A model generated the notes under the pieces. That model made no database searches, had not been told where the DNA came from, and saw only the letters and a list, made by a program, of their open reading frames with translations. From the NCBI GenBank assembly GCA_040004485.1, contig JBDUAU010000326.1:1-45262 (forward strand): a stretch of DNA of 45,262 nucleotides, read 5' to 3'. Positions 38,478-45,262 of this stretch are shown here, one piece after another (positions within the stretch are counted from its first letter, which is position 1; every line of letters begins with the position of its first letter). This DNA is from Saprospiraceae bacterium (GTDB taxonomy: Bacteria; Bacteroidota; Bacteroidia; Chitinophagales; Saprospiraceae). The translations under genes were made by a program, and so were the position numbers.

Positions 38478-39761
38478 ATGATTAAGCTATTCATCAAAAA
38501 AAATGAAAATTATTCAAAGCCACTTGAATACATCTTAAGGACTTTGGCCAAAAATAAATTACTCTCCTTTGCATTCATTGATGAAAAAAATGAAGCACGA
38601 ATCATTTTTGATCATTCAGACTCTCGGTCTATTCCTATTAACCTCCCACTTTTTGATTCTCTCCTTCAAAGAAAAGTGTACAATCATGAATTCTACTTTC
38701 CGGATGAGCCGCGTATAATATTCCCGGATAGCCGCAAGCCGGATTGGCTTGGAACGGCTTTTTATATGATCAATGCTTTACAGGAATATGGCCAGGGCGA
38801 TGTAAATGACTCCTCCGATCAATATGGCCGATTCAGATTTGATCGCTCATATCAATATCGATATAACTGTATCGATCAAAACCTTGTTCAGATCTGTTTT
38901 GATCAGTTTTGTTCAGAACATGCATTGAAACCGATGACATCCAAGAAGGGTCGTGCAACACGCGTTTTTCTTTCGCATGATATTGATACCATCCATGGTT
39001 CATTTCTTCAGGATGGAATGTGGGCTATTAAAAATGGAAGCCCGGATATAATATTAAAACTTGTGATGAATGAAGTCCTGTTAAATCCGCATTGGAAAAA
39101 TATAGACCGGATATCAAAACTGCATACAGAACATGATCTGAAAAGCACATTCTTCTGGCTGGCTACCAGAAAGATTGCTGAAAACGGTATTAAAAATGCT
39201 GATTATACAATTGAAGAATTACGAGGTCAGTCAAAATTTTCATCAAGCAATGGATTACATAAAAGCAGCTATACGACTTCGTTCAGTGAAGAATTGCAAA
39301 CGCTACCATTCACCACAAACCTGAATCGATATCATTTTTTGAAATTTACACTTCCTTCAGCATGGAAAAGTCTCGAAGGTGCCGGAATAAAGTTTGATGC
39401 CAGTCTCGGATTTGCAGAACAATATGGTTTTAGGAACAGTTACGGGCTGCCATTTCAGCCGTATAATCTGAATACAGGATCTCCATATCCATTTGTTGAA
39501 GTTCCTCTAAACATTATGGATGGCACTCTGCATCGCTACATGAATATTCCATTAAAAGATACAGCCACTACAATTATTGATTTTATGGAGAAAAATTCAA
39601 TGAACTGTATTATCTCCATTCTGTGGCATAATACTTATTTTACATCATACAAATACGGCGGTTATCTTGAGGAGTATAAAAAAGTACTCTTGTATCTGAA
39701 TGAAAGAGGTATTACATCCATCACGCCGGAAGAAATCATAAATGAATACGGGAATGAATAA
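38478..39761 (+). CDS. hypothetical protein, possibly polysaccharide deacetylase / carbohydrate esterase-like
   Basis: 427-aa ORF. VFLSHDIDTIHGSF and WHNTYF resemble deacetylase-fold proteins from polysaccharide loci, but the assignment is tentative. Confidence 0.4.
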   Translation: MIKLFIKKNENYSKPLEYILRTLAKNKLLSFAFIDEKNEARIIFDHSDSRSIPINLPLFDSLLQRKVYNHEFYFPDEPRIIFPDSRKPDWLGTAFYMINALQEYGQGDVNDSSDQYGRFRFDRSYQYRYNCIDQNLVQICFDQFCSEHALKPMTSKKGRATRVFLSHDIDTIHGSFLQDGMWAIKNGSPDIILKLVMNEVLLNPHWKNIDRISKLHTEHDLKSTFFWLATRKIAENGIKNADYTIEELRGQSKFSSSNGLHKSSYTTSFSEELQTLPFTTNLNRYHFLKFTLPSAWKSLEGAGIKFDASLGFAEQYGFRNSYGLPFQPYNLNTGSPYPFVEVPLNIMDGTLHRYMNIPLKDTATTIIDFMEKNSMNCIISILWHNTYFTSYKYGGYLEEYKKVLLYLNERGITSITPEEIINEYGNE

Positions 39762-40851
39762 AAAAAATATTGTGATCTCCCTGTTGCAGGATGCGGATAT
39801 CCCGGAATTGATTGATTTCTACAATCTCATCAACAAAGACACCAGGGACAAGGATAAATTTCTTTGGGAGTTTTATAATGCTCCTGCAGGAAAAGCAATT
39901 TATGTTATTGCCAAAGATGCGGATACTCAAAAGATAATAGGTTCACAGTGCGCCATTCCTATAGATCTCATCTCACAAACAGGGGACCTCATCCGTACTG
40001 GTAAATCAGAAGACACTCTTGTCCATCCCGATTACCGTGGACTGAATGTTTTTGAAAACATGTACAGAATGCTTTTTGAAAAATGCAGAGAGTCCGGTAT
40101 TAAATATTTATGGGGCTTTACATCCGCTAAGAAACCATTTCTGAGATTGGGTTTTACTATACCATTTGATCATAGCCAATCATTAATGGTGCTGAACATC
40201 TTTGCTTCCTATAAATATTTATCTACACTAAATACCAAAAACACAACCGGTTCTTTGCTGAGGATTTTTGCTTTATGCTTTTTGGCACGACTACTTTCTT
40301 TTAAAAGATATTTGCCGACATCTCATTCTTTAAAAAATAAGTATTTATTTTCTGCCTACGACAAATCGGTGGTGAAAGAGCAAGACCTCATACCGGGGAA
40401 AAAGTATAAAGGATACTGGATCAAACAAGACAAGTCTTATATCTCCTGGCGGATCGAAAAAAACCCTTACCTGGAGGGTGTACACAATGTTTATTTTTCA
40501 TCCGCTTCAGTCATAGTGGCCAATCTTATATTCAATCATCATAAAAGCGGAGCTTGGTATTTAATAAATGACACTTATGCTGATGACATCACTGATGTTG
40601 AAAAATCAGGCATGCTGAAGAAGTCAATCGCATTATTGACCCATAACAAACAAACGAGTGTGGACCTTATCAGGGCCTGGGACTTCGGACACAATCAACA
40701 TGGTCTTGATGAGATACAGGTACGAAAGAAGGCAGGTTTTTTTCACCTGGACAGAGGTATTTCTTTTGTATGGAAAAGTCTTGATCCTAACAATACACTG
40801 GATGCTCTTGATTTTAATCTTTCAAGGCTCGCTTCACAGGGAACGATCTAG
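39742..40851 (+). CDS. GNAT-family acetyltransferase-like protein with a C-terminal extension
   Basis: N-terminal GNAT-like core (IGSQCAIPIDL..., LVHPDYRGLNVFENMY, GIKYLWGFTS). It overlaps the upstream gene by 20 nt (8 nt if the ATG at 39754 is used). Confidence 0.5.
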   Translation: MNTGMNKKNIVISLLQDADIPELIDFYNLINKDTRDKDKFLWEFYNAPAGKAIYVIAKDADTQKIIGSQCAIPIDLISQTGDLIRTGKSEDTLVHPDYRGLNVFENMYRMLFEKCRESGIKYLWGFTSAKKPFLRLGFTIPFDHSQSLMVLNIFASYKYLSTLNTKNTTGSLLRIFALCFLARLLSFKRYLPTSHSLKNKYLFSAYDKSVVKEQDLIPGKKYKGYWIKQDKSYISWRIEKNPYLEGVHNVYFSSASVIVANLIFNHHKSGAWYLINDTYADDITDVEKSGMLKKSIALLTHNKQTSVDLIRAWDFGHNQHGLDEIQVRKKAGFFHLDRGISFVWKSLDPNNTLDALDFNLSRLASQGTI

Positions 40852-40867
40852 TATTTCATTTCTTCAG

Positions 40868-40885
40868 CATTTCATTTGTGAAATG
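40868..40885. terminator. weak AT-rich hairpin between convergent genes
   Basis: CATTTCA-TTTG-TGAAATG followed by TTT. Confidence 0.3.
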
Positions 40886-40929
40886 TTTACACATACTTAC
40901 TCCGTCTATTAGATGAAAATATTTACTAA

Positions 40930-41496
40930 CTATTTCAGATCATGAAGATTCTTTGTAAAATGTTCAATCCGTTTACCCGGATCAAACTTTGCCTGGTTAT
41001 ATGTATCTGAATTTCCCTTGGGAATTGTAAGTGATTTCCAGTCGCCTGTATTTGTAAGACGTGCGAGATAGACGATCTGGCCGACATGATAGGCGTAGTG
41101 TGCCAATTGACGCATGACGGCATCTTCTACACTTTGGCCCATGTTGCGGATATAGATTGTTTTTTTCATATCCTCGGTTGTCAAAGATCGTAATGCATTA
41201 AAAAGACAAGCCCATCCTTCTTCCCATTGTGTCATTAATTCCTGTCGTGTCGTGATGGTTTCTTCGAATTCGCTGTCGCGTTCGCGCCATTCTTTTTCAC
41301 CATCGGTGGTGAGAAAATCGGTCCAGCGTGATAGCATATTGCCATGCAGATGTTTGATGATGACGCTGATACTATTGCTCTTTTCATCTGGAGCCCACCA
41401 GAGCGCATTGTCTCCGATCTGGTTGATCGCTTTTTCACCTAATGACTTATAATATTCGTAGAGGTGAATTGAATTGGTAAGAGTTGAATTCATCAT
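40930..41496 (-). CDS. DinB-superfamily protein (DUF1572-like)
   Basis: HLHGNMLSRWTDFLTTDGEKEWRERDSEF and HYAYHVGQIVYLAR, a four-helix-bundle His pattern. Confidence 0.7.
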   Translation of the reverse strand: MMNSTLTNSIHLYEYYKSLGEKAINQIGDNALWWAPDEKSNSISVIIKHLHGNMLSRWTDFLTTDGEKEWRERDSEFEETITTRQELMTQWEEGWACLFNALRSLTTEDMKKTIYIRNMGQSVEDAVMRQLAHYAYHVGQIVYLARLTNTGDWKSLTIPKGNSDTYNQAKFDPGKRIEHFTKNLHDLK

Positions 41497-41574
41497 AGCA
41501 TGCTAAATTAATACAAAACATCTTTCCAAAAGAGTTTTGATTTGGGTTGAACACGGAGGATTATCTTTGAGCTT

Positions 41575-42369
41575 ATGGATATTACATTAATACTGGATGA
41601 TGTATTGAAGGTGGCGGCTGAAGCTTCTGACTTTATTCATTCCCAAGCCGGAAAAGTGAGAGAACAGGATGTTGAAATCAAATCTCGCAACAGCCTGGTC
41701 AGTTATGTCGATAAAGAAGCGGAAAAAATACTTGTCGCCGGCTTATCAAAGATTATCAATGGGTCCGGATTCATCACCGAAGAAGAAACTGTCAGTCAAA
41801 TCCAATCTGAATACACATGGATCATTGACCCTCTCGATGGCACCACTAATTTTTTACAGCAGATCCCTTGTTATTCGGTTTCGATTGGCCTGATGCATAA
41901 TGATGTGCTTGTCCTGGGTATCGTACGTGATGTGGAACGCAATGAAACTTTTTATGCATGGAAAGGTGGTGGTGCATGGTGTAATGGAAAACGAATTCAT
42001 GTATCCGCGAGGACTGATGTATCTGATGCCGTTGTCGCTACAGGATTCCCTTATGCTTCACGGGATGTATTACCTCAATTGATGTCCATCTTTGATTACT
42101 TTCTTAAAAATGCCAGAGGGATAAGGCGTCTCGGATCGGCGGCTATTGATCTCGCGTATGTAGCGTGTGGCCGGTTTGATGCGTACTATGAAACCACACT
42201 AAATCCGTGGGATATCGCGGGTGGTATCCTCCTGGTAGAAGAAGCCGGTGGTGTAGTGACAGGGTTTTCAGGTAAAAGAGATATGCTGAAAACAGGACAG
42301 ATCATAGCTGCACCTGCTACTATACATCAATCTGTATTGGAAAATATCCTTACTATATTCAATCCTTAG
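41575..42369 (+). CDS. suhB: inositol monophosphatase family protein
   Basis: FITEEE, WIIDPLDGTTNF and WDIAGG motifs. Confidence 0.9.
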   Translation: MDITLILDDVLKVAAEASDFIHSQAGKVREQDVEIKSRNSLVSYVDKEAEKILVAGLSKIINGSGFITEEETVSQIQSEYTWIIDPLDGTTNFLQQIPCYSVSIGLMHNDVLVLGIVRDVERNETFYAWKGGGAWCNGKRIHVSARTDVSDAVVATGFPYASRDVLPQLMSIFDYFLKNARGIRRLGSAAIDLAYVACGRFDAYYETTLNPWDIAGGILLVEEAGGVVTGFSGKRDMLKTGQIIAAPATIHQSVLENILTIFNP

Positions 42370-42465
42370 TCGATCGCTATTCCTATCAGGTCTATTTACC
42401 TGGTAAAAAATAAGAGTGATCCTGATGGAGAAGCTATCTTTATAAAAAACAGGTAACCAATATTC

Positions 42466-43707
42466 ATGCAATACAGAGAAGTATTATCTCAGTCTGTCCG
42501 ATCGATCAGGGCCAATTTGCTCAGGGCCATATTGACCTTAATGATTATTGCCTTTGGTATCATGGCATTGGTCGGGATATTGACATCCATCGATGCACTT
42601 CTGTTTACGATGAATGATAGTTTTTCAGGAATGGGAGCAAATTCATTTAACATCACACCCGGTACGGGCGGCCTTCATTCCAATCGCCGTGGCAGACAGG
42701 ATAAAGAGGCCGATCCAATAGATTTCCGGCAGGCCATGGAATTTAAAGAGCGCTTTGATTATCCCGGCACGAAAGTTTCTGTTTCCGGTCTTGCTACATG
42801 GGAGGCTACGCTGAAATACGAGAAGGAAAAAACCAATCCGACGGTTCTTGTTTACGGCATTGATGAAGAGTATCTGGCTATGAATGGCTATGATCTGCTG
42901 TATGGCAGAAATTTCACGAATATTGAACAGGATGCCGGTACACTGGTCGCTATCATAGGGATGGATATCGTCAATGATCTGTTTCATAAAAAAGCAGAGA
43001 GCGCTATAAACAAAGTCATTACTGTTGACAATCGAAGATTTACAGTGATCGGTGTTCTTGCTTCAAAAGGTGCTTCGATGAACAGGAGTGCTGACAGGCG
43101 CGTTCTGATCCCCCTTTTTGCTGAACGATATCTCTACGGTAATCCGGACAAAAATTATGATATCACTGTCTCCTCAGTAAACTCGGAAGAAATCGATGAT
43201 GCCATTTCACTTGCTACCGGCATCATGCGAAACATCAGGAAGCTGAGAGCATCACAGGACAATGATTTCGAAACATTACAAAGTGATAGCCTGCTCAACA
43301 TGCTGAAAGAAAATACAGCAACCATTCGAATAGCTACAATCGGTATCGGATTGATTACACTAATCGGTGCAGCCATCGGGTTGATGAATATCATGCTTGT
43401 ATCTGTCACCGAAAGAACACGTGAAATCGGAATAAGCAAAGCCTTAGGAGCCACTCGTTCAAACATCCTGAATCAGTTTCTTACAGAGGCTGTCATGATT
43501 TGCCAGATGGGAGGAATCGTGGGTATTATCCTTGGCATAGCGATTGGAAATGTTGTGGCAATATTACTGGGTGGAAAATTCATTATGCCCTGGGCATGGA
43601 TTTTTCTGGGATTTGTGACCTGTATGATTGTTGGGCTGGTGTCAGGACTCTACCCTGCATTGAAAGCGGCGAGATTGGATCCGATTGAGTCACTGAGGTA
43701 CGAGTAG
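42466..43707 (+). CDS. ABC transporter permease, MacB/FtsX family
   Basis: N-terminal TM, a large periplasmic MacB_PCD-like domain, and a C-terminal FtsX module ([18 protein letters not shown]; [19 protein letters not shown]). Confidence 0.9.
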   Translation: MQYREVLSQSVRSIRANLLRAILTLMIIAFGIMALVGILTSIDALLFTMNDSFSGMGANSFNITPGTGGLHSNRRGRQDKEADPIDFRQAMEFKERFDYPGTKVSVSGLATWEATLKYEKEKTNPTVLVYGIDEEYLAMNGYDLLYGRNFTNIEQDAGTLVAIIGMDIVNDLFHKKAESAINKVITVDNRRFTVIGVLASKGASMNRSADRRVLIPLFAERYLYGNPDKNYDITVSSVNSEEIDDAISLATGIMRNIRKLRASQDNDFETLQSDSLLNMLKENTATIRIATIGIGLITLIGAAIGLMNIMLVSVTERTREIGISKALGATRSNILNQFLTEAVMICQMGGIVGIILGIAIGNVVAILLGGKFIMPWAWIFLGFVTCMIVGLVSGLYPALKAARLDPIESLRYE

Positions 43708-43713
43708 TAAAAG

Positions 43714-43751
43714 GTGATCAGTGATCTGGTGATCTGGTGATTTTGTGATCT
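43714..43751. repeat. 7-8 nt tandem units GTGATCA GTGATCT(G) GTGATCT(G) GTGATTT(T) GTGATCT
   Basis: Read directly; begins 7 nt after the permease stop. Confidence 0.9.
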
Positions 43752-43818
43752 ATAAATCAATTTTATTTAATCATAATTTTTCATGAGTATCTGCGTCCTC
43801 TTTTTAGAAGTGGTTGAC

Positions 43819-44529
43819 CTAAATTTTATTGATCAATCTCAACGCTTCCTTCGTTGATAATGGTGACAACTGATGATTCTTAACAAACCATTGAACCCGT
43901 TTGGGATTTGTTTTTGAATATTGACGGAGTGCCCATCCGCTTGCTTTTCGGATAAAAAATTCTTTGCTGTCTGATCGGCGAAGGATCATGTCAAATAACA
44001 ATTTTTCGTCTGTGTTTTCCTTGTAGAAAAGTTGATGAATGATGGCTACGCGTTGGAGCCATATGTTATCAGATTCAATCCACTTCCATGCATATTCGTA
44101 TTGGAGTTCAGGATATTGTTTGAATAATATGCCTGTTAATTTCGCTAGCCAGTCTACGCTGTCCCACCATGATTGAGTGGTGATAGATTTTTCAAGGACT
44201 TTGATCCATGAAGCATGCTGGTATGGAAGCATGCGTTGCATCATCTCAATACCGACATACACCACTTCTCGATAACTCTGATCATAGCATCCTTCAACAA
44301 ATGTTTTTAGCTTTTTACCGGTGAACATACCGTACTCAATAAAAATTTTCTTTGCCATCGGGTACCAGATAGTTGCACCCAGGCCGCAATACTCAAACTG
44401 GCCTCGCATATAGGCCATTTGTTGCCCGGCTCGCAGAGGATCGGATACCTTTAGGAACATGTCGGTGACCATGTCGATGTATTCAGTTGGAGTTATTGTT
44501 GGGTTCGATGGTTTTGAATTACTCGGCAT
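43819..44529 (-). CDS. DNA alkylation repair protein (AlkD-like HEAT repeat)
   Basis: FIRKASGWALRQYSKTNP and the WLQRVAIIHQL pattern, typical of the family. Confidence 0.75.
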   Translation of the reverse strand: MPSNSKPSNPTITPTEYIDMVTDMFLKVSDPLRAGQQMAYMRGQFEYCGLGATIWYPMAKKIFIEYGMFTGKKLKTFVEGCYDQSYREVVYVGIEMMQRMLPYQHASWIKVLEKSITTQSWWDSVDWLAKLTGILFKQYPELQYEYAWKWIESDNIWLQRVAIIHQLFYKENTDEKLLFDMILRRSDSKEFFIRKASGWALRQYSKTNPKRVQWFVKNHQLSPLSTKEALRLINKI

Positions 44530-44582
44530 GCAACGAAGTTATTTGGTTGTTGTCTATTATCTAAATGAAATTAAAATGATCA

Positions 44583-44621
44583 CTGAGCGCGTGGTGAGGA
44601 TGGGCAGTGAAGTCGAAGTAT
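44583..44621. repeat. dispersed copy related to the 18478-18647 repeat
   Basis: CTGAGCGCGTGGTGAGGATGGGCAGTGAAGTCGAAGTAT aligns by eye with CTGAGCTGCGGTTGGTGAG..GAGGATG and GGGCAGGTCGAAGCAT at 18493-18534 and 18551-18587. Confidence 0.55.
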
Positions 44622-44712
44622 GACGTTTTGTCGCGTCACCAGGCCCGGGGTCTAAGGATTTCGGGTCTATTTTTTTAAACAAAGTTGGAGTTAGGAAGCA
44701 TTTCGTAAATTA

Positions 44713-45262
44713 TTAATCCTTCGCTTCTTTTACCTTGATATAAAAATTAGGATCAACCTCAAAGTAATCCACCGGAATGCCTTGTGTTACTTCCTGCCAT
44801 TCTGCAGTGGGCTGAAGCCAAATTTTTCTTTTATCTGCTATGTTTGCTCTTAGTGGCATATTGAATCCGTCTACAATATCTGTATATCTAAATCTTATAG
44901 TGCTGTCTTTTACTTTATATTCTAAAGTAGGTATACGGATATCCCTAAGATATTGATTGAAGAACGTGTGAAGATCATGACCTGTGGCTTTGGAGATGTA
45001 GTTTTCAATCTGGGCTGTCGTCACAGTCTGGTGATAAAATTCTTTCTGTATTCCGCGCAAAACGGAACGCCACATCACATCATCATTTAGCATGGCGCGT
45101 ATGGTTTGAAGCATATTGCCACCTTTCCAGTAAATATCGCGTGACCCTTCATTGTTTACACCATAGGAACCAATCATCGGGCTGCTATTAGCAACATTGA
45201 CCCGTGTACCAATCTCGTATTCGGCGCCAGCAATTACGCCGCCGCCAACAAGACGACGTTGT
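44713..45262 (-). CDS. M1-family metallopeptidase, C-terminal fragment (gene runs off the right edge)
   Basis: The frame is open to the window end. The C-terminal segment HDLHTFFNQYLRDIRIPTLEYKV...FNMPL matches the conserved tail of Bacteroidota M1 peptidases as I recall it. Confidence 0.6.
   Translation of the reverse strand, partial: QRRLVGGGVIAGAEYEIGTRVNVANSSPMIGSYGVNNEGSRDIYWKGGNMLQTIRAMLNDDVMWRSVLRGIQKEFYHQTVTTAQIENYISKATGHDLHTFFNQYLRDIRIPTLEYKVKDSTIRFRYTDIVDGFNMPLRANIADKRKIWLQPTAEWQEVTQGIPVDYFEVDPNFYIKVKEAKD

Noticed and set aside
41562-41569. TATCTTTG -7 box upstream of the IMPase gene
   Set aside because: It is an exact TAnnTTTG match but only 5 nt from the annotated ATG, so it would imply a leaderless transcript or a different start. 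Too uncertain to call.
1-45262. Mobile element, prophage or defence island anywhere in the window
   Set aside because: I recognised no integrase, transposase, recombinase, reverse transcriptase, nuclease/helicase defence signature, tRNA attachment site or long flanking direct repeats. The holin-family gene is the stress-island type, not part of a lysis cassette.

Overview
This 45.3-kb chromosomal segment reads as a Bacteroidota genome. Evidence: T9SS C-terminal sorting domains on secreted proteins, SprB-type repeats, TAnnTTTG -7 promoter boxes, and overall gene content. I support about 40 CDSs, mostly housekeeping or envelope genes. They include sucB, an RlpA-like protein, a K+-type membrane pyrophosphatase, a PQQ sugar dehydrogenase, a DUF1800/DUF1501/discoidin trio, tsaE, ald, a 1027-aa HExxH-PD40-barrel protein and a lipid kinase. 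Further along are a PaiA-like GNAT, metH behind a SAM-clan riboswitch candidate, yihY and a stress-protein island (YtxH x2, holin-like, lmo0937-type, DUF892). That island sits next to a CHASE3 kinase / receiver / AraC trio. The rest are ATP-grasp plus galM, an OmpA-family protein, a Gfo/Idh/MocA oxidoreductase, a deacetylase-like plus GNAT pair, DinB, IMPase, a MacB-type permease, an AlkD-like protein and an M1 peptidase fragment. I see no rRNA, tRNA, CRISPR array, transposase, integrase or recognisable defence gene, and no clear-cut novel multi-gene system. The most unusual signals are non-coding. (1) Short tracts with a strict 7-8 nt phase, each unit carrying a stop triplet, sit at or just after the stop codons of six plus-strand genes; five of the six are in convergent spacers. 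(2) Two long palindromic terminator-like hairpins share a GTAGGGAC arm. (3) A tandem and dispersed intergenic repeat family is present. (4) A HicB-like antitoxin remnant is interrupted by a single in-frame TGA at a conserved Gly position. All protein calls rest on motif recognition by eye; no database search was run.
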